A stretch of 40,723 nucleotides of DNA from Acidobacteriota bacterium (GTDB taxonomy: Bacteria > Acidobacteriota > Vicinamibacteria > Vicinamibacterales > Fen-181). The notes under the pieces were generated by a model. That model was not told the origin of the DNA. It searched no databases and was given only the letters and a program-made list of their open reading frames with translations. This document shows positions 9,554-17,838 of the stretch, piece after piece. Location: positions 1 to 40,723 of the forward strand of contig JAJXZZ010000001.1 in NCBI GenBank assembly GCA_021779795.1, in the 5' to 3' direction. The position numbers and the translations under genes are program-made. How positions within the stretch are numbered: position 1 is the stretch's first letter; each line of letters begins with the position of its first letter.

Positions 9554-11140
9554 CTACGCGCCGCGCTCCTCGGCGGCCCCGGGATCGGGCGCCCCGGGCA
9601 GGTCGATCGTGAACACCGATCCGACGCCGACCTCGCTCCTGGCCGAGATCGTGCCGCCGTGGCCGGCCAGCACGTCGCGCGTGATGCTCAGGCCGAGGCC
9701 CGTGCCGCGGCCGGCCTGCTTGGTGGTCACCCACGGCTCGAAGATCCGCGGCAGCAGGTCGGGGGCGATCCCCGTCCCGGTGTCGGCCACCTCGATCCGG
9801 GCGCGGCCGTGGCCGCCCGGCGCGAGCGAGATGGTGATCGCGCCGCCCGCCGGCATGGCGTCGAGGCTGTTGGTGACGAGGTTGAGCAGCGCCAGCTCGA
9901 GCTGCACGGGGTCGGCCATGACCGCCGGCGCGTCGGCAATCTCGAGGTCGAGCCTGACGCCGACGGCGTCGAGCTTGGGGCGCGCGACGTCGCACACGCG
10001 CCGCAGCAGCTCGGCCAGGTCGGTGCGCTCCTTCGGCATCGGCCGCCGGGCGTGGTCGAGCATCGCCCGCACGACCGAGGTGACCTTGGCGATCTGCTCC
10101 TGCACGATCTCGAGCCGCCGCCCGGCGCGGGGGCCGGTGTCCTCGTCCTCGCGGATCATCTGCACGTAGCCCGAGATGAGGTTCAGCGGCGTGCCGACCT
10201 GGTGGGCCACGCTGGCGGCCATCTGGCCGACGGCCGCCATCTGCTCGGCGCGCGCCAGCGCCTCGCGCAGCGCGAACACGCGCCCGTAGCTGTCCACGAG
10301 CTGCTCGTTCTTGGCGCGCAGCTCCGACGTGGCGTCCCCGATGCGCTCCTGCAGGGAGGCGTTGACCTCCTGCAGCTCGGCGAGCATCTCGTTGAGGCCG
10401 CGGGCCACGGCGCCGATCTCGTCCTCGCGCAGCACCGGCGCGCGGACGGCGAGGTCCCGCGCCTGGGCGCGCTGCATCGTCCTGCGGATCGCGCCGATCG
10501 GCTGGTGCACCAGCCGCCGCATCAGCAGATCGACCGCGACGGTCATCAGGATGACGGCCGCCGGCACGAACCAGAGCACGACGCTCCGGCCCTGGCGGCG
10601 CAGCTCCTGGACCGATCCGAGCGAGTAGGCCACGACCACCGCGCCCCAGACCCGCCCGTCGCGCTTGACCGGCACGCCCACCAGCCTGATCCACTGGCGC
10701 GGCGCCGACGTCACCACGTCGTTGCGCGCGCTCGCCGCGCGCGCCAGCGCCAGCGAGTCCCGGCCTTCCGTCGACGAGGTGCTCGCCACGACCGCCGGCG
10801 TGTCGTTGTCCACGCTGGCCAGCAGGATCGAGCGGATCGACGGCACGGCGTTGGCGAACTCGCGCAGCATGTCGTTCAGGTCGCCGCGGCGCGCCGGCTC
10901 GTCGCCGATCTCGATGTCGTCCGCCACGGCCTGGCCGGTCGACTGGGCCTCGTCCAGCAGGTCGGCCGTGATCGTCACCTCGAACACCCGCAGTTCCCAG
11001 TAGCCCGCCGCGCCGATGACGCTCGACAGGACGAGGGCCACGAGCAGGGGAAGCCGCACGCGCAGCGACACGAACAAGTTCGCCACGCTGGGGCGCGATT
11101 GCCGGGGAGCCGCCTGGAGTTCAGGTCCGGGAGTCGTCAT
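9554..11140 (-). CDS. Membrane sensor histidine kinase (2 TM, HAMP, HisKA, HATPase)
   Basis: Start MTTPGPELQ at 11140 (approximate). Two TM helices, HAMP (EDEIGAVARGLNEM), H-box AHQVGTPLN, N-box NLVTNSLDA, DTGTGI, GTGLGL. Confidence 0.9.
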   Translation of the reverse strand: MTTPGPELQAAPRQSRPSVANLFVSLRVRLPLLVALVLSSVIGAAGYWELRVFEVTITADLLDEAQSTGQAVADDIEIGDEPARRGDLNDMLREFANAVPSIRSILLASVDNDTPAVVASTSSTEGRDSLALARAASARNDVVTSAPRQWIRLVGVPVKRDGRVWGAVVVAYSLGSVQELRRQGRSVVLWFVPAAVILMTVAVDLLMRRLVHQPIGAIRRTMQRAQARDLAVRAPVLREDEIGAVARGLNEMLAELQEVNASLQERIGDATSELRAKNEQLVDSYGRVFALREALARAEQMAAVGQMAASVAHQVGTPLNLISGYVQMIREDEDTGPRAGRRLEIVQEQIAKVTSVVRAMLDHARRPMPKERTDLAELLRRVCDVARPKLDAVGVRLDLEIADAPAVMADPVQLELALLNLVTNSLDAMPAGGAITISLAPGGHGRARIEVADTGTGIAPDLLPRIFEPWVTTKQAGRGTGLGLSITRDVLAGHGGTISARSEVGVGSVFTIDLPGAPDPGAAEERGA

Positions 11141-11167
11141 GTAAGTCCCGTGGCAAGAATAATTTAC
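11141..11167. promoter_or_regulatory. GTAAG-N17-TTTAC imperfect inverted motif, possible IHF-type site
   Basis: AT-rich, about 26 bp upstream of a sigma54-like box. The same architecture (CTAAG-N17-CTTAG) occurs at 14005-14031. Confidence 0.35.
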
Positions 11168-11193
11168 AACATCGTCGGCGCCCGTGGCCAGCC

Positions 11194-11208
11194 TGGTACG
11201 TGCTTTGT
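11194..11208 (+). promoter_or_regulatory. Sigma54-like -24/-12 promoter (TGGTAC-N5-TTGT)
   Basis: GG-N10-GT with consensus spacing, upstream of the secreted-protein gene and divergent from the NtrC-type system. The -12 dinucleotide is GT instead of GC. Confidence 0.5.
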
Positions 11209-11281
11209 GAGTGCAAACCTCGTCGCCGCGCGGTCGCGCGGCCGGAACCAACGACTCGCTTCCATCCCTGGAGGATTTCGC

Positions 11282-11698
11282 ATGCGCCGTGTTGTCACCG
11301 CTCTCACCGTCGTCGTCGCCGTGGCCGCGTTCGGCTCGCTGGCCCTCGCGCAGACGCCGGCCGCCAAGACTGCCGCCAAGGCCCACACCGCGGTCGTGAA
11401 GACCGTCAAGACCGCCAAGACGATGTCGGCCATCGGCACCGTCGCGTCGTTCGACGAAGCGACCCGGATGCTGATGCTCAAGACCAGGGCGGGCGAGAAG
11501 GCGTTCACGCTCACCCCCGACGCCAAGCTGATGGCCGGCGCCAAGGCCGCCATGACGGCCGACCTGGTGGGCAAGCACGCCAAGGTGACCTACACCGAGG
11601 TGGAGGGCAAGAACGTCGCGTCGCACGTGGCCGTGGCGGTCGCGAGGAAGACCGAGGCGAAGAAGGCCGAGACGAAAGAACCGGCCGCCAAGAAGTAG
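11282..11698 (+). CDS. Small secreted Lys/Ala-rich protein with a predicted small beta-barrel (OB-like) core
   Basis: GGAGG RBS, ATG 11282, 138 aa: Sec signal ending ALA-Q; core GTVASFDEATRMLMLKT...AKVTYTEVEGKNVASHVAV; Lys/Glu-rich tail. Confidence 0.75.
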   Translation: MRRVVTALTVVVAVAAFGSLALAQTPAAKTAAKAHTAVVKTVKTAKTMSAIGTVASFDEATRMLMLKTRAGEKAFTLTPDAKLMAGAKAAMTADLVGKHAKVTYTEVEGKNVASHVAVAVARKTEAKKAETKEPAAKK

Positions 11699-11862
11699 CC
11701 TGGCCCGATCCTGTCGTTCCACGGTCCTCGGGCCGGCCTCCGGAGAGGATGCCAGCCGGCCTCCGCCAGGCGGCGGGGGCCGGCCGCTCGTTCCCGCCCG
11801 GGACGACGCACTCGAGGCCCCCTCCCGCCGAAGGGGCGCGCCCGGCGTGCCCCCCGCATTTG

Positions 11863-11871
11863 TGCTAGATT
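11863..11871 (+). promoter_or_regulatory. Extended -10 element (TGcTAGATT) 6 nt before ATG; probable leaderless mRNA
   Basis: No Shine-Dalgarno before 11878; a near-identical TGcTAGACT occurs at 15993-16001. Confidence 0.45.
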
Positions 11872-11877
11872 TCCTGA

Positions 11878-12261
11878 ATGGCCATTCGCACCGAACTCAC
11901 GCTTCGCCTGCAGAACAGCCCGGGCATGCTCGCCAAGGTCTGCCAGGCGATCGCCGAGGAACACATCAACATCGTCGCCATCAACCTGGCGACCCCCCTG
12001 ATGGTGCGGATCCTCGTGGACAACCCGACGCACGCGGCGGGCGTCCTGCGCGGGCGGCACTACCACGTCGAGGAGCGCGACGTGATCTACACGACGGCGC
12101 CGAACGACCCGGGCGCGCTGCTGCGCGTCACGCGCCTCATCGCCGAGGCGGGCATCAACATGGAGTATCTCTACGCGACGGCCATCGAGGGACAGGCGAT
12201 GGCGAGCGTGGTGGTGGGGGTGCCGGACGCGGAGCGCGCGGCGACGGCCGCGGGGTTGTGA
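11878..12261 (+). CDS. Tandem ACT-domain protein
   Basis: 127 aa; two ACT signatures (NSPGMLAKVCQAIAEEHINI; NDPGALLRVTRLIAEAGINMEYLY). Confidence 0.88.
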   Translation: MAIRTELTLRLQNSPGMLAKVCQAIAEEHINIVAINLATPLMVRILVDNPTHAAGVLRGRHYHVEERDVIYTTAPNDPGALLRVTRLIAEAGINMEYLYATAIEGQAMASVVVGVPDAERAATAAGL

Positions 12262-12264
12262 GCG

Positions 12265-12294
12265 GAAGGCCGGCCCTCGACGGGGCCGGCCTTC
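12265..12294. terminator. GC-rich hairpin between convergent ACT and OmpA genes (terminator-like)
   Basis: Perfect 12-bp stem GAAGGCCGGCCC / GGGCCGGCCTTC with a 6-nt loop; no U-tract. Confidence 0.55.
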
Positions 12295-12315
12295 GCCCAG
12301 AGACGATCGTGCGGC

Positions 12316-12978
12316 CTACTTCAGCACGTTGATGACGACGCGCCGGTTCTGCGCGCGGCCGTCGCGGGTCGTGTTCGGCGCAACCGGGTTCTCGGCGCCG
12401 TAGCTGTAGACGCTCATCCGGAACAGCGGGATGTGGTGCTGCTGGTAGATGTAGTTCCGGACGGCCTCGGCGCGCTCGAGCCCCAGCTTCTGGTTGTAGG
12501 CGGCGGACCCGACGTTGTCGGTGTAGCCGTCGATCTCGAGGTAGTTGCCCTCCGGGTTGGAGAGCAGCTGCTGGATGAACTGGTCGATCTTGGCCTTCGC
12601 CGCGTCGGGCAGGACCGCGGAGTTGAACTTGAAGTTCCCCTGGTCCTCGCTGAGCGTCACCTGGTAGAGGATCCGCTTCGACGCCTTGTCGAGCGCGTCG
12701 GCCTTGTTCATCGCGGTGTCGGCCGTCGTGCGGGCACCGGTCGCGGCCGTGTTGGCCGCCGCTGCGCGCTGGTCGACCTGGGCGATCTTCTGGTTCGCCT
12801 CGTTGATCGCGGCGGTGTTCTGCTTGGTCTGCTGCTGGGTCTCCTCGAGCGACTTGGAAACCGCCTCGACCTTGTCGTTGACCTCGCCCACGCGCTGCTT
12901 GACGAAGTTCTTCGTCGCGCACGCGGTGGACCCGGCTGCCAGCGCGGCCATGGAAACGGCCACAACGAACATTCTCAT
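12316..12978 (-). CDS. OmpA-family lipoprotein with N-terminal coiled coil
   Basis: AGGAGG RBS, start MRMFVVAVS at 12978; lipobox-like STAC; Ala/Gln-rich coiled coil; OmpA C-domain (GYTDNVG, NQKLGLERA, GRAQNRRV). Confidence 0.9.
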   Translation of the reverse strand: MRMFVVAVSMAALAAGSTACATKNFVKQRVGEVNDKVEAVSKSLEETQQQTKQNTAAINEANQKIAQVDQRAAAANTAATGARTTADTAMNKADALDKASKRILYQVTLSEDQGNFKFNSAVLPDAAKAKIDQFIQQLLSNPEGNYLEIDGYTDNVGSAAYNQKLGLERAEAVRNYIYQQHHIPLFRMSVYSYGAENPVAPNTTRDGRAQNRRVVINVLK

Positions 12979-12991
12979 AACCTGCCTCCTT

Positions 12992-13969
12992 TTAGTGCTC
13001 ACGGTCGTCTTGTGTAAGAGTAACCTGTCGAGCCTGTCCTGCAAAGTAGCCGCTTCGCGAACGCACCTGCAGGCGGCGGTCGTCGGTCCGCACCTCGAGC
13101 TGGTGCCAGCCGGGCCTGAAGCCCGGCTCGAAGGCGATGAGGTACTGGTGCCGCAGCTCGGCCACCATCTCCCGCACCGCCGCGGCCGACTCGTCCGGCA
13201 CGCTCGCGATGAAGCTCCGGCCGCCCGTCCACCGGGCCAGGTCGGCCAGGTTGCCGACCGGAACCGGGTGCGCCGTCTTGACGGCCGTGGCGGCGCCGGG
13301 CCGGTCGAGCGGCGACATCACCGCCACGATGTACACCGGCACGTCGATCGACGAGGCGATGCCCGACACCTGGGCCGGCGTGAGCCGGCTGTTGTTGTCG
13401 AGGCCGTCGGTGAAGACGATCACCGCCCGGTGGGCGTTGGGCCGGGCGGCCACGTCCCTGGCGGTCGCGGCGATCGCGTCGTTCAGCGACGTCATGCCGT
13501 AGGGCTTGATGCCGACGAGCGAGCGCTCGAACGCCGCATCCTGCCGGTAGATTTCGAACGGCTGGACCTGGTGGAGCTCGGTGTCGAACGAGTACACGGC
13601 CAGTTCGTCGCGCCCGGCCTGGAGCGTCCAGAGGAAGCTGCGGGCGATGGCGCGCGCCCGGTCGAGCTTTGAGGCCAACTGCATGCTGCCGCTCGCGTCG
13701 AACAGGAGCGCCACGCTCACCGGCGCCTCCTCGGCCCGGAACTCCTTGATCGGGCGCCAGGCCCCCCCATCGACGACGTAGAAATCGCTGCGCTTGAGGT
13801 TGGTCACGACCTTGCCGTGCTGGTCGCGAACGACGGCGCTCACCGTGACCAGGTCCACGCCAGACCTGAACGTGAGCGTGCCAGACCCCGACCCGTCGGG
13901 GACCTGCCCCGCAGCCGTGTGGCTCGACAACCACAGGAGCACGATCAGGCCGGCAGTCAGGCGGCGCAT
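12992..13969 (-). CDS. Secreted VWA-domain protein (acidobacterial VWFA-related type)
   Basis: Start MRRLTAGLIV (13969); signal peptide; TFRSGVDLVTVSAVVRD; MIDAS DASGS, T and FTDG; C-terminal ELRHQYLIAF...VRSRSGY. Confidence 0.88.
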   Translation of the reverse strand: MRRLTAGLIVLLWLSSHTAAGQVPDGSGSGTLTFRSGVDLVTVSAVVRDQHGKVVTNLKRSDFYVVDGGAWRPIKEFRAEEAPVSVALLFDASGSMQLASKLDRARAIARSFLWTLQAGRDELAVYSFDTELHQVQPFEIYRQDAAFERSLVGIKPYGMTSLNDAIAATARDVAARPNAHRAVIVFTDGLDNNSRLTPAQVSGIASSIDVPVYIVAVMSPLDRPGAATAVKTAHPVPVGNLADLARWTGGRSFIASVPDESAAAVREMVAELRHQYLIAFEPGFRPGWHQLEVRTDDRRLQVRSRSGYFAGQARQVTLTQDDREH

Positions 13970-14004
13970 ACGCTGAAAGCTATACCACATCCCGTGCCAG
14001 TTGC

Positions 14005-14031
14005 CTAAGCCATTCACAAAAAGTCACTTAG
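14005..14031. promoter_or_regulatory. CTAAG-N17-CTTAG inverted motif, possible IHF-type site
   Basis: Lies directly upstream of TGGCAC-N5-GTGG (13999-13985, minus strand) and mirrors the motif at 11141-11167. Confidence 0.35.
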
Positions 14032-14168
14032 CGATTAGCGACGCCCCTGGGCCAGCCTGTGGGGATACCGATCGTGTAACTATTACGCTCCAATTCGTCT
14101 CCCCTTCCCTTCGCGACTCGCCGCCGTTCCATGCACAAGATGGTGTCACGACCGTGTCAGCGGAGCGA

Positions 14169-14183
14169 TGGCACAACTCTTGT
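14169..14183 (+). promoter_or_regulatory. Sigma54-like -24/-12 promoter (TGGCAC-N5-TTGT)
   Basis: Perfect TGGCAC -24 box with correct spacing to TTGT, upstream of the DUF5658-like gene. Confidence 0.5.
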
Positions 14184-14239
14184 TGTTCCAACGCTTTGAA
14201 GGCTCAAATCGGCCATTAAGTCAGCCGATGAGGTGACCA

Positions 14240-14575
14240 ATGGCATCTTGGCGCTGGATATTCAACCGATCCGCTGACTCTCGTTTCGGCGATGCCGTCG
14301 TGCTGGCGTTCGTCACCGTCCAGGCACTCGACGGCGTGCTGACATACGTCGGCGTCGCGATGGTCGGCCACGTGACCGAGGGCAACCCGCTTGTCGCGAG
14401 CCTGATGCAGGCCCTCGGTCCTGCCGCCGGGCTCATGTCCGCCAAGCTCGGCGCCTGCACGCTGGGCGGCATCCTGCACCTGACCGGCACGCATCGGCTC
14501 ATCGCCGTGCTGACGGCCATCTACGTCGCGGCCGCCATCCTGCCGTGGACGGCCGTCCTCGCGGCGGCCAACTAG
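14240..14575 (+). CDS. Small membrane protein, DUF5658-like
   Basis: GAGGTG RBS; 111 aa hydrophobic; QALDGVLTY...EGNPL motif. Confidence 0.75.
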   Translation: MASWRWIFNRSADSRFGDAVVLAFVTVQALDGVLTYVGVAMVGHVTEGNPLVASLMQALGPAAGLMSAKLGACTLGGILHLTGTHRLIAVLTAIYVAAAILPWTAVLAAAN

Positions 14576-14675
14576 CGGCCGGGCGGCGCCCGCCATCGGG
14601 CCTCCCGGCACGGCGCCGCCAGGCAAGAGCCCAGATCAGATCATCGACCTGACGGGCGCCCGGCTGTATGCCGCC

Positions 14676-15857
14676 TCACACGATCCCCAGCTCCTTGCCG
14701 ACGCGCTCGAGCGTGTCCACCGCGTACTGCAGCTCGTCCTTCGCGTGCCCGGCCGTCACGATCGTCCTGACGCGCGCCTTCCCCTTCGGCACGATCGGGA
14801 AGCCCATCCCCTGCGCGAAGACCCCCTCCTCGAACAGCCGCGCCGAGAACCGCTGCGCCAGCGCGGCGTCGCCGACGATGACCGGCGTGATCGGGCCTTC
14901 GCTGGCGCCGGTGTCGAAGCCCGTGGCGCGCAGGCCGGCCTTGAAGAACCGGGTGTTCTCCCAGAGGCGCTCGATGATGTCCGGCTCCTCGAGCAGCACG
15001 TCGAGGGCGGCGATCGAGGCGGCCATCACGGCCGGCGTGTGCGAGGTCGAGAAGATGAAAGGGCGCGCGCGCTGGCGGAGGTAGTCGATGAGCGTCCGGC
15101 TCCCGGCCACGTAGCCGCCGAGCGTGCCGATGGCCTTCGACAGCGTCCCCACCTGGACGTGCACGCGCCCGTGCATGCCGAAGTGGTCCACCGTGCCCCG
15201 CCCGTTCCGCCCGAACACGCCGCTCGCGTGGGCGTCGTCCACCATCATGATCGCGCCCGACTCCTCGGCGATCTCGCAGAGCGCCGCCACCGGGCCGAGG
15301 TCGCCGTCCATGCTGAACACGCCGTCGGTGATGAGCAGCTTGCGCTGTCCGGCCGGCAGGGCGCGCAGGATCGCGCGGGCCGCGCCGACGTCCTTGTGCG
15401 GGAACACCTTGATCGCCGCCCGGCTGAGCCGGCACCCGTCGATGATGCTGGCGTGGTTCAGCTCGTCGGAGACGACCACGTCCTCGCGCGTGAGGATCGA
15501 CGACACCGTCCCGGCGTTGGCCGTGAAGCCGCTCTGGAAGACCACGGCGGCCTCGGTCTGCTTGAACGCCGCCAGGCGCCGCTCGAGCTCCTCGTGCAGG
15601 TCCATCGTGCCGGCGATCGGGCGGACCGACCCGGTGCCGACGCCGTATCGCTCGACGGCCTCGAGCGCGCGGGCCTTGAGCTTCGGGTGCGTCGTGAGGC
15701 CGAGGTAGTTGTTGGACGAGAGGTTGACGACGCTTCGCCCGTCGAAGATGGCGCGCCCGCCCTGGGGCCCGCCGAGGACGCGGATGTCGAGGGCGGCGCC
15801 CTGCTCGCGCAGCGACTGCAGCTCGGCACCGAGGTAGCGCAGGGGATCGAAAGACAT
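14676..15857 (-). CDS. kbl: PLP-dependent alpha-oxoamine synthase, glycine C-acetyltransferase/BioF-like
   Basis: Start MSFDPLRYL at 15857 (393 aa); SSNNYLGL, DELNHASIIDG, DGVFSMDGD, VDDAHASG, GTLSKAIG (PLP Lys). Confidence 0.85.
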   Translation of the reverse strand: MSFDPLRYLGAELQSLREQGAALDIRVLGGPQGGRAIFDGRSVVNLSSNNYLGLTTHPKLKARALEAVERYGVGTGSVRPIAGTMDLHEELERRLAAFKQTEAAVVFQSGFTANAGTVSSILTREDVVVSDELNHASIIDGCRLSRAAIKVFPHKDVGAARAILRALPAGQRKLLITDGVFSMDGDLGPVAALCEIAEESGAIMMVDDAHASGVFGRNGRGTVDHFGMHGRVHVQVGTLSKAIGTLGGYVAGSRTLIDYLRQRARPFIFSTSHTPAVMAASIAALDVLLEEPDIIERLWENTRFFKAGLRATGFDTGASEGPITPVIVGDAALAQRFSARLFEEGVFAQGMGFPIVPKGKARVRTIVTAGHAKDELQYAVDTLERVGKELGIV

Positions 15858-15901
15858 CGTGGGCGAGTATAGCGGGGAACCGTTCGCCGGCTCCAGCGCC
15901 A

Positions 15902-15985
15902 TGAGCCCTGAGCCCGGAGCCTTGAGCCCTGAGCCTTTTTCCCTGAGCCCTCTTCCCTGAGCCTTGAGCCTTGAGCCTTGAGCCT
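15902..15985. repeat. Tandem array of 12 heptamers (TGAGCCY consensus)
   Basis: TGAGCCC x2, GGAGCCT, TGAGCCC, TGAGCCT, TTTTCCC, TGAGCCC, TCTTCCC, TGAGCCT x4; the 7-bp register is unbroken. Confidence 0.9.
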
Positions 15986-15992
15986 TTTGCTG

Positions 15993-16001
15993 TGCTAGAC
16001 T
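15993..16001 (+). promoter_or_regulatory. Extended -10 element (TGcTAGACT) for the acs-acp unit
   Basis: Immediately after the heptamer array and about 75 nt upstream of the ATG at 16076. Confidence 0.4.
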
Positions 16002-16075
16002 GCCGCGACGGTCGTCCCTTGCAGCCCCCACGGTTTGGCGGTTCTGTCTTCGTCGGGGAAACCCTGGAGGCGTGT

Positions 16076-17791
16076 ATGGAACCTGCGCGGGCCAAGGCGG
16101 TCGACTATCGGCGGTTGCGGGCGGAGATCACCTGGGAGGCGGCGAAGCGGGAGCTGGGATACGTCGAGGGCGGGTCGCTGAACATCGCCGACCTCTGCAT
16201 CGACCGGCACGTCATGGCGGGACGGGGAGACAAGGTCGCGCTCGTCCACGAGAACCACGAAGGCGACCTGCGGCGGTTCACCTATCGCGACCTCATGCTG
16301 CTCACCAACGGGTGGGCGTCCTTCCTTCGCGGACTCGGCGTCAGGAACCTCGATCGCGTCTGCCTCTTCCTCGACCGCGTGCCCGAGCTGTACATCGCCT
16401 TCATGGGCATCCTCAAGATCGGCGCGGTCGTCGAGCCGCTGTTCTCGGCGTTCGGCGAGGACGCGCTGCACGCCAGGATGGAGGACAGCGCCGCCACCGC
16501 CATCATCACCGAGCGCAAGCACCTCGGGAAGGTCCGCCGCGTGCGCGAGCGGCTGCCGTCGCTCAGGACCGTGATCGTCATCGACCACGACCCGGGCGGG
16601 CGCCCGCTGCGCGAGGGCGAGGTGGCGTACCCGATGGCGGCGAACCAGCTGGTGACCTTCCCGGTCTTCCGGGCCTTCGCCGAGACGCCGAGCGTGCTGC
16701 ACTACACGAGCGGCACGACGGGCAAGCCGAAGGGGGCGATGCACGTCCACGGGAGCATCTTCGCCCAGTACCTGACCACGAAGGTCGTGCTCGACCTGCG
16801 CGACGACGACGTGTACTGGTGCACGGCCGACCCGGGATGGGTGACCGGCACGAGCTACGGGATCATCGGGCCGTGGGCGCTCGGGGCGACGCAGGTCGTG
16901 CTCGACGCGGGGTTCTCGAGCGACCGGTGGTACGAGACGATCGAAAAGCACCGCGTGACCGTGTGGTACACGGCGCCGACCGCCATCCGGATGCTGATGA
17001 AGGACGGCCTCGAGCCGGTGGCCCGGCACGATCACTCGAGCCTGCGGCACATGTGCAGCGTCGGCGAGCCGCTCAACCCCGAGGCCGTGCGCTGGGGCCG
17101 CGAGGCGTTCGGCCTCGACTTCCACGACACCTTCTGGCAGACCGAGACGGGCGCGATCATGATCACCAACCTGCCCGGGATGCCGGTCAAGCCGGGGAGC
17201 ATGGGCCGGCCGTTCCCCGCGCTCGAGGCCGCGGTGGTCGACCCGCGCAGCGGGGAGCCGATCACGACCCCGGGGCGCGTCGGCCTGATCGCCATCCGGC
17301 CGCCGTGGCCGAGCCTGATGCGGACCTACTGGAACAACACGGCCACCTACTACGGCAAGTTCCTCAACGGCTGGTACATCTGCGGCGACCAGGCGAGCCT
17401 CGACCCGGACGGCTACTTCTGGTTCTGCGGGCGCGACGACGACGTGATCAACACGGCCGGGCACCTGGTGGGCCCGTTCGAGATCGAGAGCGCGCTGCTC
17501 GAGCACGAGGCGGTGGCCGAGTCGGCCGCCATCGGCAAGCCCGACCCGGTGAACATGGAGGTGGTCAAGGTGTTCGTCGCGCTGCGCCCCGGCTACGCGC
17601 CGAGCGCGGACCTCGAGCTGAGCATCATGAACCACGTGCGCAAGCGGCTCTCGCCGCTCGCCATGCCGCAGGAGATCGCGTTCGTGGACAAGGTGCCGAA
17701 GACGCGCAGCGGCAAGATCCTGCGGCGGGTGCTCCGGGCGCAGGAACTCGGACAACCCGTCGGGGACATCAGCACGATCGACGATAATTAG
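16076..17791 (+). CDS. acsA: Acetate-CoA ligase-like AMP-forming enzyme (AcsA type)
   Basis: GGAGG RBS, MEPARAK start, 571 aa; YTSGTTGKPKG, TADPGWVTG, WQTETG, GRDDDVI, PKTRSGKILRR (acetylatable Lys). Confidence 0.82.
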   Translation: MEPARAKAVDYRRLRAEITWEAAKRELGYVEGGSLNIADLCIDRHVMAGRGDKVALVHENHEGDLRRFTYRDLMLLTNGWASFLRGLGVRNLDRVCLFLDRVPELYIAFMGILKIGAVVEPLFSAFGEDALHARMEDSAATAIITERKHLGKVRRVRERLPSLRTVIVIDHDPGGRPLREGEVAYPMAANQLVTFPVFRAFAETPSVLHYTSGTTGKPKGAMHVHGSIFAQYLTTKVVLDLRDDDVYWCTADPGWVTGTSYGIIGPWALGATQVVLDAGFSSDRWYETIEKHRVTVWYTAPTAIRMLMKDGLEPVARHDHSSLRHMCSVGEPLNPEAVRWGREAFGLDFHDTFWQTETGAIMITNLPGMPVKPGSMGRPFPALEAAVVDPRSGEPITTPGRVGLIAIRPPWPSLMRTYWNNTATYYGKFLNGWYICGDQASLDPDGYFWFCGRDDDVINTAGHLVGPFEIESALLEHEAVAESAAIGKPDPVNMEVVKVFVALRPGYAPSADLELSIMNHVRKRLSPLAMPQEIAFVDKVPKTRSGKILRRVLRAQELGQPVGDISTIDDN

Positions 17792-17797
17792 AAGCGC

Positions 17798-17825
17798 GCA
17801 AGCCGCAGGCCGCCAGGCGCAAGCC
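17798..17825. repeat. Four degenerate heptamers (GCAAGCC)
   Basis: GCAAGCC GCAGGCC GCCAGGC GCAAGCC between acs and acp. Confidence 0.55.
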
Positions 17826-17838
17826 GGGAGAGGATTCG

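Noticed and set aside
9540..10694. Apparent 837-aa response regulator; likewise the apparent fusions 30854-33823, 32515-35409 and 35454-37496
   Set aside because: The upstream parts are off-frame readings of neighbouring genes; true starts are internal.
14676..15857. Serine palmitoyltransferase / sphingolipid cluster
   Set aside because: The PLP motif GTLSKAIG is closer to Kbl/BioF-related enzymes, and the neighbouring ligase looks short-chain Acs-like rather than long-chain. Kept only as an analogy.
15858..16031. N-terminal extension of the kbl ORF (AQGSRLKAQG...)
   Set aside because: It is the translation of the heptamer array; the family-like sequence begins at Met 15857.
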